A stretch of 64,000 bases of DNA from Bacteroidales bacterium UBA6428 (GTDB taxonomy: Bacteria > Bacteroidota > Bacteroidia > Bacteroidales > UBA932). The DNA is taken from NCBI GenBank assembly GCA_002437305.1, contig DJOW01000071.1, positions 49,808 to 113,807 on the forward strand, written 5' to 3'. The notes beneath the pieces were generated by a model. It saw nothing but the letters and a program-made list of their open reading frames with translations. It searched no databases and had not been told where the DNA came from. Shown here one piece after another: positions 31,264 through 42,005 of this stretch. Both the position numbers and the translations under genes were made by a program. Position 1 is the stretch's first letter. Each line of letters opens with the position of its first letter.

Positions 31264-32553
31264 TTACGCCTTTGTGAAGTTGAGTGCGATCTCAAACTCA
31301 CTTGTGTTTTTCCAGACAGCCGCAAGATCCGACGGTTTCTCGATTTGCAGCATGCCCATAACCATCTGGATCATCTGAAGGGTCTCCTGGTCCTTAGGAT
31401 CTTCTGACTTTGCCAGTTCCTCAAGCAGGGTGTCGAGAACAGGAAGAACCGGAAGCAGAGACTCAACGACCGGAGCGCAAAGCGACTTGTCCACATAGAT
31501 CTTGAGATTGCCGTCCGCCACTGAATACTTCAGCTCGATGCCTCTGCTCAACATCTTCTGGAGCTCAGCGTTCAGTGAGTTAACATCAGCGCCCAGTTCT
31601 CCGAGTTTTGCCAGAAGCTCCGTGATCGTGGAGAGATCTATTCCTGAAGCGTCCGACTTGACGTCCTCAGTCTCGCCGGCCCTGATGATGGCGGCAACGT
31701 TGGGAACAATGAAAAGAGAGGCGTCCTGCGTGTACCAGAACGCGAGGTTTGCCTTGGGTGAGCTCACCCAATCAGTGTGATGTGCCGTGTAGGTCACGTT
31801 TCCATCCTCATCAGGAGTTACACCAAAGGCCAACTCAAAGATCTTGCTGATCGGCTCATCGCCCAGGTCAAGATCACTGTAGTATTGGGCCATGATGTTT
31901 CCGGTACCGTCAAAAGTCACCTGGTTGAAGACCTCTGTCAGAAGAGGACAGATCATAGCGTTTGCAAGTGCGGTGATCGTGACTATGCCTGCTCCGGCAT
32001 CACCCTCCGCCTTCCATGTGATCTGCGCGGGACCGTTGACCGGCCCGGTCTCTCCGTACTTGCATTTGCGGACAATGTTCCAGCTGCCCATTAACGATTC
32101 GGCCGTGCCTGAGGACACTTTGGTCTCAACTCCGACTGAGATCTTTCCCTCGACAGTGACATCGCCTTGCACCTCAACCGTGTAGAATCCGTTGGACATG
32201 TAACTGCGCAGTGTCGCGGCGATAGAAGGAGGTGTAGACAAGACCTGGGAACCGGAAAAATGGAAAGTGCCCTCGTCTTTCTTCTGTAACTCCACATTCA
32301 TCTTGACCTCAGTGAATCCCGGCACAGCGCCCGTCAACGTAAGTTCAGCATCTGTCTCTCCGCTGGCGACCAGCTGCGCGTTTCCATAGGCGCTTGGAAC
32401 CTCATTTACTGAAATTGCGGCGTCTCCGCTTTCAACCGTGATCTGTCCGACCGGAAGCTGCTTCCAAGTATCGTCAGTCTTGTCCTTCTGGCAGGCAGTG
32501 GTGGCAAAAATCGCCGCAATCATAGCCCAAGTGCCTAAAAAATTAGTTTTCAT
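31264..32553 (-). CDS. DUF4925-like lipoprotein
   Basis: Lipobox TTAC followed by an acidic export-signal-like KDKTDD; SPKANLAFW and a terminal EIALNFTK resemble DUF4925. Confidence 0.65.
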   Translation of the reverse strand: MKTNFLGTWAMIAAIFATTACQKDKTDDTWKQLPVGQITVESGDAAISVNEVPSAYGNAQLVASGETDAELTLTGAVPGFTEVKMNVELQKKDEGTFHFSGSQVLSTPPSIAATLRSYMSNGFYTVEVQGDVTVEGKISVGVETKVSSGTAESLMGSWNIVRKCKYGETGPVNGPAQITWKAEGDAGAGIVTITALANAMICPLLTEVFNQVTFDGTGNIMAQYYSDLDLGDEPISKIFELAFGVTPDEDGNVTYTAHHTDWVSSPKANLAFWYTQDASLFIVPNVAAIIRAGETEDVKSDASGIDLSTITELLAKLGELGADVNSLNAELQKMLSRGIELKYSVADGNLKIYVDKSLCAPVVESLLPVLPVLDTLLEELAKSEDPKDQETLQMIQMVMGMLQIEKPSDLAAVWKNTSEFEIALNFTKA

Positions 32554-32680
32554 AATTAAACAGTTAAATTAATCCGATACAAATTAACGGCAAATATCTT
32601 TAATAATCAAAAAAAATACCGCAGTAAAACGATACTGCGGCCAAAAGGTGAATCTTTTACACTGATAAGACATGCCAATT

Positions 32681-33757
32681 TCAGCTCTCCCTTTCCACCT
32701 CATCCTCCTTCGGCAGGACAATCGTCCGGAAGCGCTTCTGACGGCGTTCCCAACGTTCGCGGGCAAACTGTTGCATGTCGGTGGCCTGATCGTTCTCATC
32801 GATGATCTCAAGGCCGAGGATCGTCTCGATGATGTCCTCCATTGTTATGATTCCCTGGAAACAGCCATATTCATCAATGATGAGTCCGATCTGCTCGTGC
32901 TTCTTGAGCAGTTCCTCCCAGATGTGACCGCACGAATCCTGTTCCTTAAAAAAAGAGATAGGTCTCTTCAGATCAACAAGACGTTTGTCGAACTCATCAT
33001 CCGCAAGACCCTCAAGGGCATCGCTCAGGAGTATGTAGCCGGTGATGTATTCCGGAGAATCAGCATAGACAGGAATCCTGGAGAAATGCAGGTAAGTCTC
33101 GTTCTTGTAGAAATTCTTAAGGGTCATGTTCTCCTGCGCCGTCATCGCGACAATCCTCGGTGTCATCACCTCGCACGCCTTCACATTGTCCAGTTTCATG
33201 ATGTTCTGGATGACCTTGTTCTCATCGGAGTCTATGACACCCTCCTCCGCGCCGATGTTCGCCATGGCCGTTACCTCTTCCCTGCTGACTGTCGCCTCGT
33301 CATCATTCTTGGTCATCAAGTTTGTTATCAATCTGACCATGATCACAAGAGGCCACATAAGAATGGTCAGGAACGAGATGACGGACGTCACAAAACCCAT
33401 CAGGTTCTTCCAATAGGACGTTCCGATTGTCTTGGGGACAATCTCCGAAAAGACCAGAACCAGAAGCGTTGTCAAGGCCGAGATGATTCCGAACCAAGTG
33501 TTGCCGAAGAGTATTGTGGCCTGACGTCCGACAGCGGCCGCTCCCAATGTGTTGGCGATTGTGTTCAACGACAGGATCGCCGCCAAAGGTCTGTCCGGAT
33601 CGGATTTGAATTTTAAAAACTTTTCAGCCGGCCTGTACCCTTGCTCCTTCCTCATTGTGACAAAAGACAGAGGTGTGGACATCAGCACCGATTCCAGAAG
33701 CGAGCAGAGGAATGAGACTCCCAGCGTCACCAGCATGTAAACAATCAGCAGAACCAT
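32681..33757 (-). CDS. CNNM/DUF21-CBS domain (hemolysin-family) protein
   Basis: SFLCSLLES, LNTIANT, FSEIVPKTIG, VMTPR, FSRIPVY, IIDEYG. Confidence 0.93.
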   Translation of the reverse strand: MVLLIVYMLVTLGVSFLCSLLESVLMSTPLSFVTMRKEQGYRPAEKFLKFKSDPDRPLAAILSLNTIANTLGAAAVGRQATILFGNTWFGIISALTTLLVLVFSEIVPKTIGTSYWKNLMGFVTSVISFLTILMWPLVIMVRLITNLMTKNDDEATVSREEVTAMANIGAEEGVIDSDENKVIQNIMKLDNVKACEVMTPRIVAMTAQENMTLKNFYKNETYLHFSRIPVYADSPEYITGYILLSDALEGLADDEFDKRLVDLKRPISFFKEQDSCGHIWEELLKKHEQIGLIIDEYGCFQGIITMEDIIETILGLEIIDENDQATDMQQFARERWERRQKRFRTIVLPKEDEVERES

Positions 33758-33861
33758 ATAGGATTTCAGTTAATTACTGCAAATATAGCACAATTTCAAT
33801 GTTCTTCCTAAAAAAACGACCTTTAAAAAACCGTCCGGGACACCATAGACCGCAAATGGCG

Positions 33862-34239
33862 CTATTCCGTGGCGGCCACGCACTCGATCTCGACAAGAGC
33901 GCCTTTCGGAAGGGTCTTCACCGCGAAGGCGCAGCGTGCAGGATATGGATCCTTGAAGAACTCCGAATATACGCTGTTCATGGCGGCGAAATCATTCATG
34001 TCAGCGAGGAAGACGGTGGTCTTCAAGACTTTGTTAAGGTCAGAACCGGCCTGCTCGAGGATGGCCTTAAGATTGGCAAGTGACCGGCGGGTCTGCGCCT
34101 CCACTCCCCCTTCAGGAAACGCGCCGGTGGAAGGGTCGATCGGCAATTGGCCGGAAACGAAGATTAATCCGCCATGCTCGATGGCTTGGCTGTACGGGCC
34201 GATCGCGGCGGGAGCCTTATTTGTGCTTATCAGTCTCAT
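33862..34239 (-). CDS. ridA: RidA/YjgF family enamine deaminase
   Basis: APAAIGPYSQA, VSGQLP, PAR, LPKGALVEIE. Confidence 0.93.
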   Translation of the reverse strand: MRLISTNKAPAAIGPYSQAIEHGGLIFVSGQLPIDPSTGAFPEGGVEAQTRRSLANLKAILEQAGSDLNKVLKTTVFLADMNDFAAMNSVYSEFFKDPYPARCAFAVKTLPKGALVEIECVAATE

Positions 34240-34330
34240 TTATCAATTTTTTGCCAAATTTAATTAAAAATACCGATGAAATTGAGAAGTTAAATATGTA
34301 AATTTGTATTTAAAATAAAAAATATATGCT

Positions 34331-34780
34331 ATGGCACTCGAACAACAAATTCAGAAGGACATAATGGAGGCGATGAAGGCTCACGATGAGTCACGCCTCA
34401 ACGCCACAAGAGGCATCAAGTCAGAGATTCTTCTTGCCAAGACCTCAGGGACAGAGCACGAGCTTTCCGATGCGGATGTTCTTAAGATCATCCAGAAGCT
34501 GGTAAAGCAGCGCAAGGAGTCTGCCGAGCTCTATACTCAGGGAAACCGCCCTGAGCTCGCGGAGAAGGAACTCGCGGAGATGAGGGTGATGGAGGCTTAC
34601 CTGCCGAAGGCACTTTCCGAGGACGAGGTAAGGAATATCCTTAAAGAGATCATCGCAGAAGCCGGAGCGACAAGCCCTAAAGACATGGGCAAGGTCATGG
34701 GCGCGGCCACCAAAAAGTTGGCCGGACAGGCTGACGGCAGGCTGATTTCGACGATTGTGAAGGAGCTGCTTGCCCGGTAA
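34331..34780 (+). CDS. GatB/YqeY domain protein
   Basis: AMKA, KQRKES, YLP, DMGKVMG, ADG. Confidence 0.93.
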   Translation: MALEQQIQKDIMEAMKAHDESRLNATRGIKSEILLAKTSGTEHELSDADVLKIIQKLVKQRKESAELYTQGNRPELAEKELAEMRVMEAYLPKALSEDEVRNILKEIIAEAGATSPKDMGKVMGAATKKLAGQADGRLISTIVKELLAR

Positions 34781-34823
34781 GCATCTTGTAAATATTCAAA
34801 ATAATTGAAGCACAACAGCATCT

Positions 34824-37800
34824 ATGATCAGAGAATCACGGAACATCGCTGCTGCGGTTGCCGCGCTGACATTGTCGGTCGCGGCTTTCGCGCATAATTG
34901 CAAAAGGGAGGTCCCGGAGACGGTAGCAACCGCCTGGAGCGATCTTTACAAAGAGTTCGTCAACCCGCCGAAGTCGGCGCGCCCACGGGTGTGGTGGCAT
35001 TGGATGAACGGAAACATCACTAAAGACGGCATAAGGAAGGATCTTCTGTGGATGCACAGGACAGGGATCGCTGGCTTCCATAGCTTCGACGCCGGCCTTG
35101 AGACACCGCAGGTCGTGGACAAAAGGCTCATCTACATGACCCCTGAATGGAAAGACGCCTTCAGGTGCACAATCGATCTAGCCGACAGCCTCGGGATGGA
35201 GATGACCATAGCTAGCTCTCCGGGTTGGAGCGAGACCGGCGGCCCTTGGGTCAAGGACGAGGACGCGATGAAGAAGCTCGTCTGGAGACAAATTGAAATC
35301 AAGGGCGGAAAACCAGTCACCGTCAAACTGCCGGAAGGGTTCGATATCACTGGGCCGTTCATGGATTTCACTGGCTCGTCCGATGCGATCTCGCAGGTTT
35401 TCTTCAAGAAAAAGTTCTACAAGGACATAGCTGTGGTCGGAGTGAAACTCTGTGATAAAGACATTAACCTCAAGGATCTGCATCCAATAATTACCTCCAG
35501 CGGCTGTGAGGCCACCAGCATGGAAATGCTCGAAAGAATCACCGGTGACAGCGTCGGAGACCACTTCGATGTCAAAGCCGACAAGGATGGCCGTTGCTGG
35601 CTCCAGTACGAATTCGCTGAGCCACAGACAATCAAGGCCGTGGTTGTCTCTGAACTCAGAAAGGACTCCAACCCTTATGCACACACGAAAGAGCTCATGT
35701 ACAGCGATGACGGTGTCCACTTCAAGAGCATCAACCTCTCCTACCAAGCCACAGCGCAAAGAACCTACGCGATTCCGACTACTACAGCCAAATATTTCAG
35801 ACTCAATCTAAAGGACAACAAAGGAAAGAAGGACTGCGAGTTCGGAATATCCCAGTTCGCCCTATCGACTGTGACAAGGATCCAACTCGCCGGGGACAAG
35901 GCCGGCAACAGCTTCTACCGCCTGCTCTGGATGGAGGACACGCCCTACAGCGCCGAGGCGGCAAGGCTGGAGGATGTCATCGATCTGACACCATTCGTAA
36001 AGGACGGGACCCTCACCTGGAACGCCCCTGAAGGCAACTGGAGAATATTCCGCTTCGGCTACAGCCTTACCGGCAAGACCAACCACCCGGCCTCTCCTGA
36101 AGCCACGGGGCTTGAGGTGGACAAACTCGACCCCAAGGCGATCACTGAATATTTCCGCAGCTATCTCCAGACCTACGTTGACGCGTCCGGCGGAAGGCTC
36201 GGCAAGGGCGGCATCGAGTACCTCCTCACGGACAGTTACGAGGCCGGAGCGCAGACATGGACAGGGAATATGTTCGCTGAGTTCAAGGCACGCAGGGGCT
36301 ATGATCTTCTCAGATGGATGCCGGCTCTGACAGGAATGGTTCTGAACAGCACCGAAGAGACCGAAAGGTTTCTTTTCGACTGGAGAAGGACGATCGGAGA
36401 CATGATGACTGAATACCACTATGACCTTCAGAACGAGATCCTCAGGCCCTACGGAATGAAGAGATACACAGAGAGCCATGAGAACTACCGCGCCAACCTC
36501 ACCGACGGGATGGACTGCAAACGGCACGCCGAGATTCCGATGTCCGCGTTCTGGATGGACTACAAGAAGGGCAGCATATTCAATCCACGCTTCGAGTCCG
36601 ACGTGCGCGAGTCCGCCTCCGTGGCGCACATCTACGGCCAGAACATCGCCGCCGCCGAATCCTTCACCACGGACGGTTTCCGGGACGGTGCGTGGGTCTT
36701 CTCCCCTGCCGTGCTTAAGCCGACAGCCGACGCGGCTATGGCAGCCGGACTCAACCGGTTCGTGGTCCACACCTCCCCTCACCAGCCGGTTGATGACAAG
36801 GTTCCGGGACTCAGCCTTGGAAAATACGGCCAGTGGTTCGACCGTCACCAGACCTGGGCCGGCCAGGCCAAGGCTTGGACGGATTACCTCTCACGCAGCT
36901 GTCACCTTCTACAGCAAGGACGTTTCGTGGCCGATGTGGCGTACTACTACGGGGAGGACAACAACGCCACCGGAATCATGCTCAAGAAGGTTCCCGCGCT
37001 TCCTTACGGCTACAATTACGACTATTTCAGCCCGTCCGTCATCCGCGACCTTGCCAAGGCCGGGAATGGAGAACTGACCGTGCCGAGCGGAATGAGGTAC
37101 AAAGTCCTGATGCTTGACGCCAACGTCAAGCACATGTCGATCGACATCCTGCGCAAAATCAAGGAGTTCGCTGACGCAGGGATCACAATCTGCGGAGCCA
37201 GGCCACAGAAACTCGCAAGCAACACCGGCACGGAGGAAGAGTTCAAGGCTCTTGTGAGCGACATCTGGAACTCCGGACGCAAGAACGTAACCGCCGGGAT
37301 TCCTGCGGAAAAAGTACTGGCAGGCCTTGCTCTCCAACCGGACTTCAGCATCCGGTCCGGAAACGGCAAGGATGTCAAATTCGTCCACAGAAGCCTTCCA
37401 GATGGTGAGATCTACTGGGTGGCAAACCTTTCCAAGGACACGAGAGACTTCACGGCCACATTCAGGACAACAGGCAGGAAACCTGTCATCTGGCACGCCG
37501 AGGATGCTTCCACGGAACCGGCCGGCTATGAGTTCGCGGACGGCAGGACGAATGTAAGGATGACCCTGACCCAGCATCAGTCAGTCTTCGTGATGTTCAC
37601 CGATGACACTGATGTCGCCAAGGTCGAACTTCCGCAGACCTCCTCAGAGACTCTGGTCGAGATCAGCACCCCATGGTCAGTAAGGTTCCAGCAAGGGCGC
37701 GGAGCGCCTGAAAGCGCGACCTTCGATCAACTTGCGTCTTTGACCGAGAGTTCCGAGCCGGGAATCAAGTACTTCTCCGGAGAGGCGACATATTCAAACA

Positions 37801-38144
37801 CTTTCAAGCTAAAAAAGAAGGAAATTCGGAGCAAGGATTCAGTCATTCTGGATTTAGGGGAAGTGAAAGACTTGGCGGAAGTGACCTTGAACGGCAAGAA
37901 TCTGGGTGTGATTTGGAACGCCCCGTTCAAGGTTGACATCACCAAGGCCTTGAGGAGCGGCGACAACACCATTGAGGTCAAGGTCGTCAACATGTGGCAC
38001 AACCGCCTCGTCGGAGATGTCCAGCCGGGAGCGACGGAGAAGGTCACCTACACCCAGATGGAGTTCTTCAAGCCAGAGGAGCCACTGCTTCCGGCCGGTC
38101 TTTTGGGACCTGTCAGAATTATAGGACAAACTATAGACAAATAA
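34824..38144 (+). CDS. Glycoside hydrolase family 106 (alpha-L-rhamnosidase-like)
   Basis: Signal peptide, RPRVWWHWMNGNI, SSPGWSETGGPWV, GLEVDKL, DSYEAG, SVAHIYG, AAESFT. Confidence 0.9.
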   Translation: MIRESRNIAAAVAALTLSVAAFAHNCKREVPETVATAWSDLYKEFVNPPKSARPRVWWHWMNGNITKDGIRKDLLWMHRTGIAGFHSFDAGLETPQVVDKRLIYMTPEWKDAFRCTIDLADSLGMEMTIASSPGWSETGGPWVKDEDAMKKLVWRQIEIKGGKPVTVKLPEGFDITGPFMDFTGSSDAISQVFFKKKFYKDIAVVGVKLCDKDINLKDLHPIITSSGCEATSMEMLERITGDSVGDHFDVKADKDGRCWLQYEFAEPQTIKAVVVSELRKDSNPYAHTKELMYSDDGVHFKSINLSYQATAQRTYAIPTTTAKYFRLNLKDNKGKKDCEFGISQFALSTVTRIQLAGDKAGNSFYRLLWMEDTPYSAEAARLEDVIDLTPFVKDGTLTWNAPEGNWRIFRFGYSLTGKTNHPASPEATGLEVDKLDPKAITEYFRSYLQTYVDASGGRLGKGGIEYLLTDSYEAGAQTWTGNMFAEFKARRGYDLLRWMPALTGMVLNSTEETERFLFDWRRTIGDMMTEYHYDLQNEILRPYGMKRYTESHENYRANLTDGMDCKRHAEIPMSAFWMDYKKGSIFNPRFESDVRESASVAHIYGQNIAAAESFTTDGFRDGAWVFSPAVLKPTADAAMAAGLNRFVVHTSPHQPVDDKVPGLSLGKYGQWFDRHQTWAGQAKAWTDYLSRSCHLLQQGRFVADVAYYYGEDNNATGIMLKKVPALPYGYNYDYFSPSVIRDLAKAGNGELTVPSGMRYKVLMLDANVKHMSIDILRKIKEFADAGITICGARPQKLASNTGTEEEFKALVSDIWNSGRKNVTAGIPAEKVLAGLALQPDFSIRSGNGKDVKFVHRSLPDGEIYWVANLSKDTRDFTATFRTTGRKPVIWHAEDASTEPAGYEFADGRTNVRMTLTQHQSVFVMFTDDTDVAKVELPQTSSETLVEISTPWSVRFQQGRGAPESATFDQLASLTESSEPGIKYFSGEATYSNTFKLKKKEIRSKDSVILDLGEVKDLAEVTLNGKNLGVIWNAPFKVDITKALRSGDNTIEVKVVNMWHNRLVGDVQPGATEKVTYTQMEFFKPEEPLLPAGLLGPVRIIGQTIDK

Positions 38145-38148
38145 AACC

Positions 38149-39162
38149 ATGAGTTTCAAGAAGATTCTTTCTGTTATCATGCTAGTGACAGTCTGCCTTT
38201 CGGCAACGGCACGAAAACCAGTCAAACCCGTGCTCAAGTTTAGAGGCAACGGAGAATTCAAAATTCTCCAGTTCACGGACACTCATCTGATCCCGTCAAA
38301 CGCCACGACCCCGCTTGTCTGGGAGAACATAAGGAGCGCTGTGACCGGAGAAAGGCCTGATCTTATCATGCTGACCGGCGATCAAGTCTACGCCCCGCCT
38401 GCCCTTGGCAATTACAAGGCTCTCCTTGACACCCTCGACAAATTCGGTGTCCCATACGGAGTCATTTTCGGCAACCACGACAAGGAATTCGACCAGACGA
38501 ACGCTTCACTGTTAGAAGAGGCGATGTCGCACCGGCTCTGCGTGACCTACGACACGCCAGGACTGCACGGAGAAGGCAACTGTTTCTTGGAAATAAAGTC
38601 GCATTCCGCCGACACCACCGCATCGGTGATCTGGTGCTTCGATTCCGGAAGCGAGTCTCCCCTTTCAAAGAAAGCCACAAAGAATTACGACTATGACTAC
38701 GTCCATTCCGACCAAGTCGAATGGTACGGAAAGGCAAGCGCGGGAATCACAGGCGCACACGGTGGCAATCCGCTTCCTTCAGTTGCTTTCATGCATATTC
38801 CTTTACCTGAATATTCCTACGCCTTCAAAGATGATTCTAGTTTCAAGGCCTACGGGACCCATCGCGAGACAATCTGCTCATCCCATTTCAATTCAGGGCT
38901 TTTCTGCAAGATGCTTGAATGCGGAGACGTGATGGCCGTCTTCTGCGGGCATGACCACGACAACGACTTCTCGGTGGGCTACTACGGCATCATGCTGGCA
39001 TACGGGCGCTACAGCGGAGCCGCCACGGTCTACAACAACATCGGGATGAACGGAAGCAGGGTAATCGTTCTCCACGAAGGCAAAAGGAAGCTTGATTCCT
39101 ACATCCGCCTACGTGACGGCTCGACCAAGGACCTGACTCATTACCCTGAATATTACAGATAA
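38149..39162 (+). CDS. Secreted calcineurin-like metallophosphoesterase
   Basis: FTDTH, TGD, GNHD, HIP, GHDH motifs and a signal peptide. Confidence 0.9.
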   Translation: MSFKKILSVIMLVTVCLSATARKPVKPVLKFRGNGEFKILQFTDTHLIPSNATTPLVWENIRSAVTGERPDLIMLTGDQVYAPPALGNYKALLDTLDKFGVPYGVIFGNHDKEFDQTNASLLEEAMSHRLCVTYDTPGLHGEGNCFLEIKSHSADTTASVIWCFDSGSESPLSKKATKNYDYDYVHSDQVEWYGKASAGITGAHGGNPLPSVAFMHIPLPEYSYAFKDDSSFKAYGTHRETICSSHFNSGLFCKMLECGDVMAVFCGHDHDNDFSVGYYGIMLAYGRYSGAATVYNNIGMNGSRVIVLHEGKRKLDSYIRLRDGSTKDLTHYPEYYR

Positions 39163-39167
39163 ACCTC

Positions 39168-39194
39168 CGGTCTCTTCGGCAAGCTCAGCGACCG
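39168..39194 (+). repeat. REP-like palindromic element, single intergenic copy
   Basis: CGGTCTCTTCGGCAAGCTCAGCGACCG, same family as the copies at 47.9, 48.8 and 59.4 kb. Confidence 0.75.
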
Positions 39195-39226
39195 AAACCA
39201 AAGAAACCATTTAAACCAACAATATT

Positions 39227-39850
39227 ATGAAAACTGTTTTTAAAGCGCTGATTGCCGCAGGAATGACACTTTTAGGCCAAGCCCTGCCGGCCGACGCGCA
39301 GACTTCCTCTGGAGAAGTCAATGGGTACAGGTACGAGGCCAACCTGATGGTCGGAGCTGTGCAGATGGCTTATTGCAGCGATGAGTTTCCGGAACACCAT
39401 TGGTTCCACAGAGACCTCAGTGACATTTACGGGCGCTACACAGGAGATCCTGGGTTCTCGGCATTCTACACAGCCGACTTCAACGTCTACCTTACTAAAT
39501 GGCTTAAGGTCGGAGCCAGCGCGGGCTACGCAAAGGCATGGGCTAATGTGTTCGACCCCAGGGGCAACAATAAGATCGGCGATAAGACCCTGAATGACAT
39601 GTCGCTCCTTGGTCAGGCCAAGTTCACATTCGTCAACAGGCAGATTTTCAGGATGTATGCCGGTGTCGGGGCCGGAGCCGCCGTATGGGTCGGGAAAGAC
39701 TGCGGGGAATCCTACTCCAAGATTGTACCGGCGGTAGAGTGCATTCCGCTGGGCTTCCAATGGATGAACCATAAAATCTACACGACGCTTGAGATTGTGT
39801 TCGGCACCAGAATGGGCGGAGTCAGAGGAGGATTAGGTTACAGATTCTAA
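39227..39850 (+). CDS. Putative outer membrane beta-barrel protein
   Basis: Signal peptide, alternating beta strands, C-terminal GLGYRF. Confidence 0.75.
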   Translation: MKTVFKALIAAGMTLLGQALPADAQTSSGEVNGYRYEANLMVGAVQMAYCSDEFPEHHWFHRDLSDIYGRYTGDPGFSAFYTADFNVYLTKWLKVGASAGYAKAWANVFDPRGNNKIGDKTLNDMSLLGQAKFTFVNRQIFRMYAGVGAGAAVWVGKDCGESYSKIVPAVECIPLGFQWMNHKIYTTLEIVFGTRMGGVRGGLGYRF

Positions 39851-39861
39851 ACTTGAATGTC

Positions 39862-40497
39862 ATGAAAAAGATTTTAACATTCGCGGCGGTTGCCGCAGCG
39901 ACAATCATCGCAGTCTCATCATGCAGCAAGGCTCAAACAGATTTTGCAGGCAGCGATGGCAATGTGACCTATTCAATCGGCCCGTACATGATGTGCATCG
40001 CCGACAACCTGATTGTAGACAACCTTAAGATTTTGGAATACAAAACCTTAGAAGTAAAACCCAGCATCCAGGCCAGAACCTCGGTAATGGAGCCTCTTGA
40101 CCCATCCTACAGGATGCCTGGCGTCAAGATCGAGAAAGCGGCGGAGGACAGCACCTGGGTAATCTCCAACAAGGGACTGGAATATTGGTTCCTCGGTGAC
40201 GAATCCTACCCTACCGACTACACGATCACGGCAAGAATGCTGCCGGGCGACTACGCTCATTTCCACAGCTGGAAAGTCACCGTCAAAGGTGAGAGACGTG
40301 AGCGGGATGGCTACTCCTGCAAATTCAGCACTCCGGAAAACCCTCTCACCTACACGATCGGTGATTCGGAATATTCATGGGGCAGCTGCAAGGGCCAACT
40401 GAACATGATAGTCTATCGTGACGGCAAAGCCATCGACTCAATCGCAATGATTCTCCGCGGAGGCAGGGATGACTACAGCCTTGCCAGGACCTACTGA
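39862..40497 (+). CDS. Hypothetical lipoprotein
   Basis: MKKILTFAAVAAATIIAVSSC lipobox. Confidence 0.75.
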   Translation: MKKILTFAAVAAATIIAVSSCSKAQTDFAGSDGNVTYSIGPYMMCIADNLIVDNLKILEYKTLEVKPSIQARTSVMEPLDPSYRMPGVKIEKAAEDSTWVISNKGLEYWFLGDESYPTDYTITARMLPGDYAHFHSWKVTVKGERRERDGYSCKFSTPENPLTYTIGDSEYSWGSCKGQLNMIVYRDGKAIDSIAMILRGGRDDYSLARTY

Positions 40498-40532
40498 CTT
40501 CACAACAGATTTACGAAGAGGCCGTTGCCGGA

Positions 40533-40655
40533 GTGATCCGGCAGCGGCGCTTCGGAAAGTCTCTGCTCTCCTCCACCATCCACAACTATTTCGCTGGAGA
40601 CAAGGAGCTGTTCGAAGGATTGGAGGCCGGAAAAAATAAGAAAGAATGGCCCAAG
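40533..40655 (+). pseudogene. Fragment of an AAA-ATPase-like (PD-(D/E)XK nuclease-associated) gene
   Basis: RQRRFGKSLLSSTIHNYFAGDKELFEGL...KEW matches the RPRRFGKSL..YF...KELFxGL Walker A region; the rest of the gene is absent. Confidence 0.75.
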
Positions 40656-40989
40656 GGCCTCAGCAGAACAGGCCCCTTTTTCAAAGTTAGTTGCGAATAT
40701 CAAGAAAATAGTTCCCTTAACAATAGGACAAACCAAAATACTCCCGAATCATGGTAGTTCCTTGATGGCCTTCATATTTCGCTGATTGGATATGTTATTA
40801 AAATACAGTAATATAACCAAGGAAGTGCAATTTTAAAAAAAAGATGCCGAAAAATTTGGTTTATATCATAAACTGGTTTAACTTTGCGGTCGTAAAGATC
40901 AAGAGCGGCATCGCGCGAGTTTGCTCTTTTCTTTCAAATGATGGTTTATTGCATAAACCGATTTGTTAAACTTATAAACGTTCTCAGTC

Positions 40990-41619
40990 ATGGAAGAAAG
41001 AAAAATCTCCGAACAGGAAAGCATTGAAATCATCACCTCGATGATTTCGCGAACCAAAGACCGCCTCGCCAAAGGCAGCGGCAATATTCTCCTTATGTGG
41101 GGATACCTCGTGGTTGTAATCACCCTATTGGTATGGGTGCTTCTCATTACCACTCACAACCAGACAGTCAACTGGCTGTGGTTCTTGATCTGGATAATCG
41201 GCGGCATAGCCACACCGATTATGGCCAGGAAGGGACAAGCCAGGACCGGCGTGAAAAGCTATAGCGACAAACTCATCTCACAAATATGGACCGCGGTTGG
41301 CTTGAGCGCTATCGCCACCACTGCCTTCTGCCTCGGATTCCTGCTGATTGGAGGTAAGCATGCCTGGACGGCATTCTTTGCTTTCGCACTTGTCATAGTG
41401 CCGATGGGTGAGATAATGCAAGGATTGGTGATTCGCGAGAAAAGTCTCATTTGCGGAGGCGCGATCGGGCTTTGCGCAGGCATATTCACAACTTGCTGCA
41501 TCGCCGCCGATGTGCCTCTTGTCGTCTCATGGTTCATGCCGATATTCATAGTTGCATTTGCCGCAATGATGATTCTCCCCGGCCACATTCTCAATCATAA
41601 AGCAAAATCCATCCGATGA
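40990..41619 (+). CDS. Hypothetical integral membrane protein
   Basis: ESIEIITSMI..TK N-terminus and about 6 TM helices; coupled to a winged-HTH gene. Confidence 0.8.
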   Translation: MEERKISEQESIEIITSMISRTKDRLAKGSGNILLMWGYLVVVITLLVWVLLITTHNQTVNWLWFLIWIIGGIATPIMARKGQARTGVKSYSDKLISQIWTAVGLSAIATTAFCLGFLLIGGKHAWTAFFAFALVIVPMGEIMQGLVIREKSLICGGAIGLCAGIFTTCCIAADVPLVVSWFMPIFIVAFAAMMILPGHILNHKAKSIR

Positions 41620-41900
41620 AAGAACTGAATCCATTACTGCACTCTCAGTTGAGACTGGGCGTAATGTCGATTCTCATGAATGTGGAGGAAGCCGATTTCG
41701 TCTATCTTAGAAAGAAAACCGAGTCGACAGCAGGGAATCTGAGTGTGCAGCTCGACAAACTCTCTGCCGCCGGATATGTCTCAGTGGAGAAAGGCTTTGC
41801 CGGCAAGAAAACACGCACAGTCTGCAGAGTCACAGAAAAAGGCCGCAACGCTTTTGAAGAATACGTCAATGCATTGAAACAATATATAAATCCGCAATAG
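41616..41900 (+). CDS. Winged helix-turn-helix transcriptional regulator (HTH_34-like)
   Basis: LNPLLHSQLRLGVMSIL, DF..L, TAGNLS, GY, T..GR.AF..Y. Confidence 0.9.
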   Translation: MKELNPLLHSQLRLGVMSILMNVEEADFVYLRKKTESTAGNLSVQLDKLSAAGYVSVEKGFAGKKTRTVCRVTEKGRNAFEEYVNALKQYINPQ

Positions 41901-42005
41901 TTATTTTTTACTGAAAACACGAACGTAATCTTTCGATAAATCTAATCAAGCCTGAGACCCAAAGTTCTTCATCCTTTACAGATGTGGCTTCCCTTGATGT
42001 CCGAG

